A stretch of 64,000 bases of DNA from Heteronotia binoei (lineage: Eukaryota). Below, piece by piece: positions 47,166-59,572 of the stretch. Positions within the stretch are counted from its first letter, which is position 1; the number at the start of each line of letters is the position of its first letter. The stretch covers positions 55,304,001-55,368,000 of the forward strand of contig NC_083234.1 in the NCBI RefSeq assembly GCF_032191835.1. Reading direction: 5' to 3'. Made by a program: the position numbers and the translations under genes. A model generated the notes under the pieces. That model ran no database searches and was not told the DNA's origin. It saw only the letters and a list, made by a program, of their open reading frames with translations.

Positions 47166-47657
47166 GCTCAGATTGCAATGAGCCAGCAGACCCCAATATG
47201 CAAGATGTGGAGATCTGGCTGGTCATTAATCAGCCCTGCTGTCCTTCAGGGAAGAGATCAGAGGCCAGGACAGGCACAAAGCTGCTGTTTACACAAAGGG
47301 AACAACCTCCTAGGTCAACAACAACATTGATTCCTAAAGTCTCAAAGTAGAGACTTTCACCTGGAAGAGCATGAAACCAGCATAGTCTGGATGTATTGGT
47401 GCTTATTTTCTATAAGACTTGCAGGGGTGGAGGGTAGCAGGAATGCAGTTCCGGATGGCTTGGCATCAGGGGGTGTGGCCTAATATGCAAATGAGTTTCT
47501 GCTGGGCTTTTTCTACCAAAAAAAAGCCCTGAAGACTTGCATTTGCAACCTGTTCAGAAATACTGTAGGTACACAAACATGTGGGTGGGTGGGTGGGATT
47601 CTGTCCATTAATCCCACCCAAACAAAAAGCATGCATATACATACTTTGTGCACATAA

Positions 47658-48330
47658 TAGGGGTCCCAAACCTCCCGCCCTGGCGGGGGACCCCAGGATT
47701 TCCACCCTCTTCCCCCGCTCCCCCAAAAAATGGAAGCGGGGGGAGAGGAGGGAAACGGCACCGCTGCCACCCCCTCCCCGCCCACCGCAGTTGCTCCTCC
47801 GAGATGGGCCCAAGCTGAGCCCATCTCCGAGGAGCAGCCAAGAGACGGCAGCAGCGCAGGAGATGGCGAGGCAGGCCAGGAGCATGGCGAGCCACGAATC
47901 CGGGCCCTTCTAGGACCCGGACTTGCGGCTCGCCACGCCCACAGCCCGCCTCCACCCCCCCCCTCCGCTTCCACCCCAGAGACGGAGCGGGCGAGGCGGC
48001 AGCGGCGCAGCGGCCTCTTCTCTGCTCGCTGTGGCTGCTTTTCCGAGATGGGCTCAGGCTGAGCCCATCTCGGAGGAGCAGCACGGCGAGCGGAGAAGAG
48101 GCCGCCGCGCCGCTGCTGCCTCTGCTCCGCTCACCCTGGCTGCTTTTCCGAGATGGGCTCAGGCTGAGCCCATCTCGGAGGAGCAGCACGGCGAGCGGAG
48201 AAGAGGCTGCGGGGCGGTTCGCCACGCTCCCCGGCGCCGTTTCCGCCCCTCCCCCTAGCTCCACCCCAGTGTCTCCTGGCTCCACCCCCAAAGTCCCCAG
48301 ATATTTCTGGGGTTCGATTTGGCAACCCTA
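47658..48330. mobile_element. CpG-rich TAGGG hAT element with an internal hairpin array
   Basis: Ends TAGGGGTCCCA...TGGCAACCCTA; TSD gcacataa / ccacataa; its right end matches the left end of the 29462 family in reverse. Confidence 0.8.
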
Positions 48331-49126
48331 CCACATAACCAGGAACCAAAACGTAGGATGCAAATTGTGTTTGCAGAAAATTAACTACTGCTCCAGATTG
48401 TGTAGATTTGCAAATCAAAAGAAAGAACAGCCCTGCTAAATTCGGCAATGAATCCACCTATCCAGCCAAGCATTCTGCTTTAATCAAATGCCCCTGGGAA
48501 GGCAACAAGCAGGGCACAAAGGCAACCAGACCAGCCTCCCATTTACCCACAGCATCTGGTACTCCAAACAGACAATTTCGGAACATGGAGGTTCCAATTT
48601 AGCCATCATGATGACTACCTGTTAAGTGAGACCTACATTCCATGCGTTTCAGATATTTCTTGTGACTAAACTGGAGACCCCACACTACCACACACACAAA
48701 AACAGGTGTCTATCCCTGGCTGGCACTCTCTGTCTCTCCTCGCCCCCACCCCCCGCAAGACTGTAGAACTTCTGGAAAATGTTGACCACCTTCTGTTAAA
48801 ATTGGATTGTTAATTGACTTTCATTGTACATTATAATGTTTTATTTCATTATATGATACGTTGTTCTAGTGTGCTTTTGTACACTACTCTGAGTCCTGCT
48901 TGCAGGAAACGGGCTGTATAAAAACTGAATATAACAAACAAACAGACAAGCAAACCATACAACTGAATTTTAAAATAACCAGTCTCCATTCCTCCTGCCT
49001 TGCCTTCCTCCTCCCATCCCAGACTGCAAGTTTAATCTGGCCCAAAGAGGCAGATTGCCTCTGAACATGGAGGTTCTGTTTAGGTACTAGGTGGGGAGGG
49101 CAGGATATAAATCAAATAAACTAAAC

Positions 49127-49924
49127 CAGGGGTGTCAAACATGCATCCCAAGGGCCAAATTAGGCCCCCGGAAGGCTTCTATCAGGCCCCCAAGCAACTG
49201 GCTGTCATCTGCTTCATTCTCCCTCTCTCTTGCTTCCTAATGCATTACAACTTGCTCACTCATACAGGAACTACAAAGTCTTTTTTTCTCCATTGGCTGA
49301 GGCTCTTCTCTTGGGGAGGAAGGGGGGGGGGAGGCAGAACTTGCTTTGCCAGGTTCTCTCAATTGTACCGTAGAACTACTGAGCCATACCTCTCTTCCAT
49401 CTATTGGCTGAGGTTCCTCCCCCTCCTGGTCCCCTGGGGAAGGATAGAAAGAGCCAGAGCTTCCTTTGCCCAGTTCCTTGGATCCCATGGAAGAGATACA
49501 ACAGGACTGTTTTTGAGCAGGAATGCACAGGAACGCAGTTCTGGCTGGCTTGGTGTCAGAGGGTGTGGCCTAATGTGCAAATAATTCCTGCTGAGGTTTT
49601 TCTACAAAGCTGTGTGAAACAATGGTGACATCAGGGTGTGTGGCCTAATATGCAAATTTGTTCTTGCTGGACTTTTTCTACAAAAAATGCCCTGGATACG
49701 AAGAAAGCACCTTTAAGACCAACGATTGCTAATGTTTTAAGCATGTTTTATTTTAAGCTTTTTTTAAAAAAAAAACCTTTGTGTTTGTCTGTGTCTTTTA
49801 TAAAGTTTATATTTCTGCCATCTGATTTTAAGTACACACACGGCCAAGGCCGATATGGCCCAGCACAACAAGGTCTCATTTATGTCAGATCCGGCCCTCA
49901 TAAAAGATGAGTTTGACACCCCTA
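49127..49924. mobile_element. Charlie-type hAT non-autonomous element directly upstream of the FBXW5 promoter, with a nested MITE
   Basis: TIR CAGGGGTGTCAAAC...GTTTGACACCCCTA; TSD aactaaac / agccaaac (6/8); CAGGGCTTTT-family MITE at about 49503-49693. Confidence 0.8.
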
Positions 49925-50120
49925 AGCCAAACTCTCTTGCAGAGACGAGTAGCCGAGCTCCCTCTGGTGGCAAAAGCTTGATTTTTCTCACTGGGCTCGG
50001 CTTATAAGGTCTGAACAGGGAATCGAGCTGCCATCAGCGACTGCCGTGCCTGCGCTGGAGGAGACGGACAGAAATGCCTAGAACGGTGGCCATCAACAAA
50101 ACGGCCCAGATGGCCAAAAT

Positions 50121-50188
50121 AGGAAGTGGATGGGAGAGCCGGAAGTGACGGAAAAGCAGCTGGTAGAGGGTCTGCTGTAGAATGAGGG
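50121..50188 (+). promoter_or_regulatory. FBXW5: FBXW5 core promoter / non-coding exon 1 (ETS-type housekeeping promoter)
   Basis: GGAAGT motifs at 50121-50129 and CCGGAAGTGA at 50139-50148 in a CpG-enriched stretch; GTGAGT donor starting at 50189; the next acceptor (51190-51191) precedes the ATG exon. Confidence 0.6.
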
Positions 50189-51218
50189 GTGAGTATTGGT
50201 TGCCTGGGAGATTGGGAAGGAATGAGAGACGTCACAGGGAGAGATCGGGGGGGGGGGGGAGATCACATTAACGGAAACTGAAGTAGCTTCTATATGGAGG
50301 GAGCCCTTTTTAGCTCTGCAGAAGGAGAAAACTAGGAGACGAAAAACGGGGCAAGGGTGGCACTTGCTGCCAGGTGCTGAAAGACCGGAGAAGAGAGGAA
50401 AAGGTTGCTGTGGCCTCTCCCACTGGGAGATTACACCCCCTTCCTCCTTCCCTCTCCTGGGGACCTTGTTTCCCGCCGTTTCTACGAAAAAGAACTCTGC
50501 TCCAGGTGCCCAGGGATTGCCAGAGAAAGGAGTGGGGCATTGTGACTTCTGTCACCAAATTAATAGCTGCTGGATTGTTGCATTGCCTCCAAGCAAGACT
50601 AGTAGTGAGGGAAGCACAGCCTGGCCTCTCCTGAAGAGAAATGCAGTCCTTGTCAGACTGCCTTTTGAGTTGGTGAACCTGTGGGCAGAGGCCACCCCCC
50701 TTTTGATCAATTCAAGCTGCTATGGGAGATGCCTGTCTCGAAAGTAGGATGCATATGTAATAAATTAGCCTGGAGAAGAGGACTATTCTGCAGAGATGGG
50801 CAGATAAGAGTCAGATGTTATTAGATGGGTGTGCAACTTTGAGGACTCCTGCTGTTTTTTCTCTAACTTGCAACCTCAGCCACCTGGGCTAAACAAGTCT
50901 AATAAAATGCAGCTTTAACAAGCAATGATGCACCTCCTCATAGGCCATCACCAGAGGTGAGCAGAGAGTGTTTTGATAGAGTTCAGCCAATGTACTTTAA
51001 TGTCTGGACTTCAGTCTTGAGAATTTAACACAGGCTCATCAAGAAAGAGCTGCCCCATTGCCTGTGGCACTGGTGGAGAGAAGCTTCATTGCAGTTTACT
51101 CCTTTTTGCTTTAATCCTTCCATTTCTTGTGCTGGCACCTGTACTTGCCCACACTTCCTGGTTTTCCCCCCTTCCCCATTGTTTTTTCCAGGGAACACAG
51201 GAGTGACAGAATGACACT

Positions 51219-54200
51219 ATGGATGGTGGGGTTAACCCCCTTCTCCCCGACAGCATCCTCTTTGAAATTTTCCTGTACTTGGATTACAAAGAGGTGCTGT
51301 CAGCAGGGCAGGCATGCCGCCAGTGGAATGCTGTGGCTAGGGATGAGGTCCTATGGAAGGAGCTTTTCTACAGATACTATGAGGTAGCTCGGGATGTCCC
51401 ACGGCACCCAGGTAAGTGCTCCATCAATGCCTATATGTTTGGCTTGTGTGGCTTTCTTTTAAAAAAAAATGGTTTATTAAATCAAAGCCATAAAATTTGG
51501 GACAGGTAGGACACATCAGAGTTAGTGAGATAATACATTAATGCAGAAGGTCTTGCCCTGTGTTGGGATCTGCTTTGGGGAGCTCAGAGAATCAGTTGAC
51601 CCTGAGAGTGATGAGGGGGCAGACACAGGATGATGTCTATAGCTGAGAAAGCAGGAAGGCCTGGGATGACCTACAGAGAGTGTCTGGAAAGCAAAGCAGA
51701 ATAAGAAAGCAAGAAAGATGACCTCCAGGTTGAGGGATAAGCTGCTGAGATGCTATCCCAACAACAAGCTGGGTTGGTTGGATTGAACCCTTTTACAGAA
51801 GAGGTGAGTCCTGGTTCCACCATCAGCTGTGGCTTTGTCAGATTTAAAGGGGCTGCAAACTGTCTTGGAATCTGATACTTCTGTGCAGAGCATCCGCTTG
51901 GGTTCCCAAGAGATGCAGCACTGAGGAAGGCTGATTATCTGGTTCTCAGTCCTACTCCTGACCTGTCTGGGAGGGGAAGCCTTGGCTGCCCTTGTGAGTG
52001 ACCTATATTATTCCTTTAGGGTCTGTCCCAGACAACTGCTGTTCTGGGCTGCAGTATATGGATGCCATGGAGACGATTTGTTCTCTGCCATGCATAATGC
52101 CATATGACACAGACATGATTTTAAGGTTTGAAGTGTAGACACATCAATATACACATGACATCCAGCACTGTCTTTTCCACCAACCTCTAGGGAAGCTATG
52201 AAAGCCATGAACTCAGGTCTGAAGGCAGTGAGGATCTGGATTTGGGTAAAGAAACAAACTTAACCCAGGCAAGATGGAGGTAATAGCGGATGATGCTTCA
52301 GCTGATATGAGACTAGCTACATGACCGAGCCTACAGTTTGGAGGTGTTTCTGGATCCTTTGCTATATTTAAACATTCTAATTGCAGCAGAGGGATCAGAA
52401 ACACCTTTCACCAGTGTAGGGTGATGTGCCAGCTGCACCCTTTCCTGGAAAAGATTGACCTGGCTGTAGTCATCTATACCTTAGTCACATTCTGAGTAAA
52501 GTTGCTCTAAATAAAACTTTGTTGGTCTTAAAGGTGCTACTTGACTCCTACTTTGTTCTACTGCTTCAGACCAACACGGTTGCCCACCTGGATTTAGTCA
52601 TATCCAGATTGTGACATGCTTTCTGCGGATCTGACTGCTCAGAATTACTAACCACAGCTTACCAAATGGAGCAGAATGTTCTAGTATCATTCCAGTTCTA
52701 TCAGGTTGCCTATGTGTTTTTGAGTCTACTCGTTAACCTTTGAAGCTCTAAATGGTTTGTTACAACAGTCTCCTGCCATATTTACCTACCTCATGTCTCA
52801 TAACATCAGGGGTCCTGCAGAATGTCCCTTGCCAAATGTATGACAGAGCCTTTGTTGTGGTGGCACCATGGCACCATTATACGGTGCTCTCTCAGGGGAA
52901 ATCCACATAGTCCTCACTGTATTCCAACAGAGCATAAAGAATTGAAATTTTGAAAGGATTCCCACCTGAACTGATTTGTTGTTGTTTTTCCTTCTTAAGA
53001 GATTTGGTGTCTATTGGACAGAATTTACAGTTGTGATTTAGGATTCTTGATATCTCTCAGTCTTATCTAATACTTTATTTTCATGGTTTTCTTTAGTTTG
53101 TTAGTTGCTTTAGAAATTAATTGAAAAACAGGTTATAATTATTTTTAGAAAACATTCTGAAAAGAAGTCTGTTCTGTTTCTGAAATAAGAAATGGGCTTC
53201 TTTACAAGAGTAGTCCCAGTCAGAAAATTGATTGTGGGGGGGGGGGGGGTGGCCTTCAGATAAAGGTGATGGAAAATTGTCTTTCAGGGAAGAATCTGCT
53301 TTTTAAAAAAGGGAGTCTACTTGCCTGTGAGCAGTGGCTTTACTTACTGGCCCTGTCATGTCACAGCTGCTGTTTCTTGGTATGACGAGTTCCAGAGACT
53401 GTATGACGCCATCCCCTGCATTGAAGTGCAGACCCTGAAGGAGCATACCGATCAAGTCCTCCACCTCAGCTTCTCCCACAATGGCTACATGTTTGCTTCC
53501 TGCTCCAAAGACTGTACCGTCAAGGTGAGGAATGGAACTTGCAATGACCTTGCAAAATTAAGTCTCTCTATTCTCTCTAAGCCAAACAAGAAGCCTGAAA
53601 GGTAGGCCTGTGTTGTTACCTTTATACTGCGTCTGTTGAGACTGTATAGACAGACTGTGTTAAAAATTATGGGATTCTTAGATTGCCAGATGGTGAGGAA
53701 AGAGAGAGAATAATTTCTAAGTTGTGCATATCTCTGTTTGCCGGAAAGGAAAACTAGGGTTTCCCCATGTGCAATCAAGAAAGGGGGGAGGGTTCTTCCA
53801 AGTCAGTTAGACAGAATAACAAAAAGCCTTTTGTGTATAGGGGGATCCTTCTTCGCTCCTGGCAAATATAGCATTGAACATGCTTATCAAACCATCTCGT
53901 TCAGGCTGGGCTCTTTGCACTGTCTTGGCCAGGAGCTCCAGCAAAGAATGGTCTTTCCCAACTCTTTCCGTCTAAGAGCATTTAACTGAAGATGCTGGGG
54001 ACTGAGGACCTTCTGCATGCAAAGCAAGTGCTCTCCGCTGGAGCCACCTCCTCCGTGCTTTTCAGAATTCTGCATCCGGTAAACCCAGGGCTTTTTTTGT
54101 AGCAGGAACTCCTTTGCCTATTAGGCCACACACCCCTGATGTAGCCAATCCTCCTGGAGGTTACAGGGCTCTTCTTATGGGGCCTACTGTAAGCTCCAGG

Positions 54201-57200
54201 AAGATTGGCTACATGAGGGGTGTGTGGCCTAATAGGAAAGGAGTTCCTGCTGCAAAAAAAGCCCTGATAAAACCTACTCTTTCTCTCCCTTGTGCTTGGA
54301 CAGAAACAAGCTTAAATTCCATGAACTGCACAAGTTCTGGTAATTGGCATGAATTCTCTTATTTCATGTGGCCCATTTGGATTTTACTTGTAGAATTTGT
54401 TTCTGCTACTCTTAGGAATAAGCCTGAAGCATAACTATTAGTTTGGCCACCCCTAAGCTTCCACCAGATTGTGTCTACATACTTTCAAGCCTATCTTCAC
54501 AACGACAAGGACTGATAACTTGCTCCTTTAAAGAGAGCACTGGAGAGCTGCATTTTTGCAGCCAATACCCCCTCACACGGCTCATTTGCAGTCCTGTAGG
54601 ATCCCAGCATGTATCAAGCCCTGGTCTTTAGCTTCTGAAATTTCGAATCCCCCCAAGTTTTCTGTTTTTACCTTGTTACATATTTGGGGTGGGGAGGACT
54701 GATGGTCTTTTTCTCCCCCGCCACAGATTTGGAACAACGACCTGGAGTTCTCCCTTTTGCATAGCTCCAACATGAAGAAGTTCAACTGGAGCTACACTCA
54801 GTTCTCGCAGTTCAACGCCGACGATTCCCTCCTTCTGGTGTCGGGGGTCTTCATGGGGCCCCGCACTTCCTCCTCAGGCGAGATTGCAGTCATCAGCTTA
54901 GGTAAAGACTGGGAAAGTGGGCAGGTCATGGGAGGGGCAGAGGCATCCAGTCTGTTTGGGGCTGTTACTTCTAATACAGCACCAGGTAGGAAGGTCCCCT
55001 TGGCTGTAGAGACATCATCATGCTTCTAAGACGGAATCTTTCATGGAAACTTGCCCAGCAAAAATGTTCTACGTAAATGTCAATATCAGGTTTCAGCCTC
55101 TATTTTTTTCTGGGCTCTATTCTTGACCTTTCTATGGAGCAGTGAATCAACTCAACAATAAATAATACAATTAAAAACATTTTTGCGCTTGCAAGTTTAA
55201 CAGACTCTTCACTCTGCCCAGTCCTAAGCTTTACCTGTTGTCCTTCTCAATGGTTCTGGGGTCTCCAGTTGCCACTCACTTTACCTTTACGTAAAGCAAA
55301 GCCTCAGATTATCTTAGCTAGTGGGCAGGTTCATATGGGTGCCTTCAATTCTCAGTCTCCCATCTGCCAAGCTGTACCAGGAACTGAGTTACTCTTTAAG
55401 CTGCAGATCCACCAGCTGAATGTATGAACATGAGAAGCCACCTTAGATGGAGTCAGACCATCAGTCCATCTAGTCCAATATTTTCTGCTGCGCCTTTCCC
55501 CAACATCCAATAATGGGAGATGCCAAGGACTGAACCTGAGACTTTCTGCACAATAAGCAGTCGCTATAAAAGGGCTGCAAGATAGCATTCACATCATAGC
55601 AAGTTGCCTCATACCCCCATCAGGCTATTGGTCTATCTAGTTCAGTATCACCTCCTCTGACTGGCTTTCTGGGCTCTCGGGCAGAGAAGGGTCTTCCCCC
55701 ACAATCTGCTACCCAATCTCTTGTAAATGCAGATGCCAAGGACTGAACTTGGGACCTTTTGCACACAAGCATCTGTTGGACTATTAACGGGTGATACAAG
55801 ATAATAAGATTCAGAATAGAAAATTCTTGGTTAGTACAGGTGTATCAATTGTATGTGGATAAACTGAAGAACATTTTCTGTTGTAAAATGCGGGTGAATG
55901 TTATAGTAGATTGATGGGAAAAGGTGGTTAATAATTAGTATCAATGTTCACCGTAGAATTTAATTCAGTAAAAATTTCAGTGGAAAAGCATCTACTGGGC
56001 CAGCAGACAGTTTCTTAATCTGGGACAGGCACGTAGTCTGTGCCTGGGGAATTTTGAAGTTGTCCTTCCCTTCTCCAGAAAATTTCACACTGTTGTCCCG
56101 GGTGCGCAACAAGCCCTATGATGTCTTTGGCTGCTGGCTGAACGAAACCAACCTGATTTCTGGCAATTTGCACCGTATTGGCTACCTCACCTCCTGCTCC
56201 GTGTTGTGGTTGAACAACGCTTTCCAGGTAAGGGCCCAGCTGGTCACAAGTGGCTGCAGCACAGAGAGGGGAGCAGGTGCCTCTCCCACTAACCCTCCTT
56301 CCTCACTTACATTTGCAGGGTGTAGAATCTGAAAACATGAATGTGGTAAAGAGACTTTTCAAGCTCCAGAACCTGAACGCCAGCACCATCCGGACAGTGA
56401 TGGTGGTGGACTGCAGCCGCTATGATTCCCCTGACCTTATGGCAAACCAAGGAGAGCAGTTGGTGTCCAGCCCCGCCACAGCTGCCAGCCAGGCTACCGA
56501 TCTCTGCAGCGACGGCGAGGAGGTGGAGCCCAAACACCACGCAGCGCAAGAGCTATCTGCAGAGGACTCCCCAGAAGCCAAGAGCGAAGCAGAGGCTAGT
56601 GATGGGCTGGACTGCTTCCTCGCAGACATCATTGAAGGGCGCGTCCGGCCAGAAATGACAGAAATGGAGATGGAGACAAAGGTGGCCCAGCTGCTGGCGA
56701 AAAAGCGGACAAAGCCTCCCGAGCCAAACTTGCTCTCCATGGAGGGCTGCAGCCAGAAGAAGTACTTGATCTTCACCACTGGATGCCTCACCTATTCACC
56801 ACACCAGATTGGTAAGGTGCCTTGGCAAAGAACGGTGCATGTAATGTTTACTCGGCTTTTTAAAAGGATGGGATGATCTCAGAGCTTGGATAACTAAATG
56901 GAACCTCCTTAGTCAGAGGTAGTATACCTCTAAATACCAGATGGTTGAGACCAGAAATGGTAGGACTGTTACCTTCATATCCAGAGGCATCTGGCTGGTT
57001 ATTGTTGAAAAGAATGCTGGGCAAGATGGACCTTTTTGTCTGATCAGAGTTCCAGTGTACGTTCAGCATGGAACAATAGTTGCCTGGCACAGAGCACAAC
57101 TTCGGTGATGGCTTATTCTTCTCCTCACCTGCTCCATTATTTCCCCCCCACCCAGGGATTAAGCAGATCCTGCCTCACCAAATGACAACAGCAGGTCCAG

Positions 57201-59572
57201 TCCTTGGAGAAGAAAGAGAGTCTGATAAGTTCTTTGATTCACTCGACCATGTCATCGATATCCATGGACATATTATCGGCATGGGCCTCTCCCCTGACCA
57301 CAGGTAGGGGGCACTGCCAGCCAGATGCCACAAACTGATTGAGAAAGGAAATGGGGAAGAGTTGTAGTTCAGCAGAACACACACTTGCCTGGAGAAGGTC
57401 CCAGGTCCAGTTCAAAGGGCCTTACCTAGCACGTTTGGTAAAAGTTCCTCCTCAAAAGTTGGCAGTAGCCAATGAAGGGCAACAAATTCCAGCTAGACAA
57501 AAGGAAGACACTGCTTCAAAGAGTGCATGAATTAACTTGTGGGATTCACTGCCACAACATGGCTTTAAAAGTGAACTAGATAAATTAAAGGGATTTAAAA
57601 CAAGGCTAGATAAAATCCATGGAGAATGGCTAAATAGAACCTCCATGTTCAAAAGGAATCTGCCTTGGATTTCCAGCTGTTGAGGAAAGCTGTGGCCTTT
57701 CTTCCTTGTTTCTGGGCCTCCCGGCATGGTCTGGTTGGCCACTGGAAGACCCTAGGGATGCTGAGCTGGGAGGACTTTTGCTGTCATTTGGTTGGGAACA
57801 CAAGAAATTGGGGAGGGAAGGAGGGGCAAGTTTGGGAGGAGGGGCATGCATTCAGGGAAGATATTTTTGAGGGATAACCAAGTAAAAGGCAGTGTGGCAG
57901 TTCCAAGCCTCTCCCCCCCCACACCCCGCTCAATGGGAGAAAGGGATGTGGGTGCATACCTTCCAGGTGGGAAACCAAGACTTAAGTGACCCCAGGCGAT
58001 GACTTGGCTCTGCAGAAACTTGCTCACTTGACTACTGTAGACCTTTCCCTGACTCTCAAATTGCTGCCTGCAGCATTCACAGCTCTGGGCCTTGATCAGT
58101 CCTGGTGCAGCCTGTTCCTTCGACATGCAACCATATGATGGTCTCGGATGGCAAGTTCTGGCAGTCTCAAGAACGGTGAGTGAAATGATGGCACTCTTCC
58201 TCTCCTCTCCAGGTACTTGTACGTGAACAGCCGAGCTTGGCCCCAAGATTGCATCATTTCTGACCCTTTGCAGCCACCTCCCATCGCCGAGGAAATCGAC
58301 CTCCATGTCCTGGACCTCAAAACGATGAAGGAAGTGAAGCGAGCCCTGCGGGCTCACCGGGCCTACACACCCAGCGATGACTTCTTCTTTATTTTCCTGG
58401 ATGTCAGCAGAGACTTTGTGGCCAGGTAAGCCACAAGATGAGAATATACTGTGATGAGCCACTTTGTTGCCTGCCATTTAGCTTAAGCTGCTTGCTGTTG
58501 CTGTTCCATAAATAGTATTGATAACTGAGGTAAACAGTAGCAGGTCAGCTCATCTGCTGGTTGTATACAGTGCATTTCAACCCGCTTACTCCTGGTGTGT
58601 GTCCAAGACAGAGACTGCTGTGGCCTCTGCTGCTTGTATTTGTGTAAAAGAATGATGCTTGGCTTGGAAGTGGGAAGGAGTGATCTGGGAATGCCCATCA
58701 TGTCTGAAATACCCATGCGGACTGCAATTCCTTCCCCTTTTTAAAGAGAATAGAAGTTTGTGGCTGGTAGGTAGGCAAATCAGCAAGACAGAATAGGGAC
58801 GAATTTTGGAAAGGTTTTTTTAAAAAAATGGTTTTTGGCCCTCAAGATTACAAGATATGGGGGACAAGCATTCCCAGATTCAAACAACAAGAAAGCTTTG
58901 TTTTTTGTTAAATGGGGAATAGGGGCTTCCTGCAATCTGGGATTAGCAAAAGTTTTAAGGTCCCAGATCTCATGTATTCATTCATTTAGTACAAGTACTG
59001 AGTCAGATGCTCTTGACCTCCACTATTTTGCTGCAGCCTCTCTCCTCCATATTTATGCACAAGGCCTAACATTGCCTCCACTAAGGGACTGCATTGGGTG
59101 CCTGAAGAAAAGTTGTAAACTCAGATTTGTTGAACTAATACCAGTAGCTAGAATTCAGGAACTAGAAAGCAAAATGCTCTTGCCTCAACATTAGTAACAA
59201 AAGACCCACATCACACTTCCCAAAATGTGCAAGTTCACTTTCAGCCCAGTGCCCCTTCAAGGAAAGGAGAGGCATCCTTTCCTTGGTTTTTCAACAAATA
59301 TGCCTCTTGTATTTCCCCCCCACAGTGGTGCTGAAGATCGCCACGGCTACATCTGGGACCGGCACTACAACATCTGCTTGGCCAAACTGCGGCATGATGA
59401 CGTGGTCAACTCAGTGGCCTTCAGCCCCGTGGAACAAGAACTGCTCCTGACAGCCAGTGATGACTGCACCATTAAGGTGTGGCGCTCCCCCCATACCGTG
59501 CGGATTCTGCACGCTGAGAAACCCAGACTCCGCAAGCCCCTCTTCTCCTGGGCCACAAACCAGAGAAGCTGA
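51219..59572 (+). CDS. FBXW5: F-box/WD repeat-containing protein 5, complete, 8 coding exons, 591 aa
   Basis: Exons: 51219-51411, 53367-53524, 54727-54901, 56079-56227, 56319-56811, 57156-57303, 58213-58425, 59326-59572 (1776 bp, GT-AG, phases consistent). F-box LLPDSILFEIFLYL; WD repeats HTDQVLHLSFSHNG and HDDVVNSVAFSP; also KYLIFTTGCLTYSPHQIG. Confidence 0.97.

Noticed and set aside
47218-47232. HNF1-like site upstream of C8G
   Set aside because: Four mismatches to the consensus; too weak to call.
47608-48291. 227-aa minus-strand ORF and overlapping 108-153 aa ORFs
   Set aside because: They lie inside a TIR/TSD-bounded GC-rich hairpin repeat; the repetitive translation reflects stop-poor composition.
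56250-56318. In-frame N-terminal extension of FBXW5 exon 6 through the 91-bp intron 5
   Set aside because: It starts at GTG, not ATG, and full intron retention would shift the frame.
57752-58477. 241-aa minus-strand ORF
   Set aside because: Antisense shadow of FBXW5 exon 8 and its intron; no recognisable protein features.
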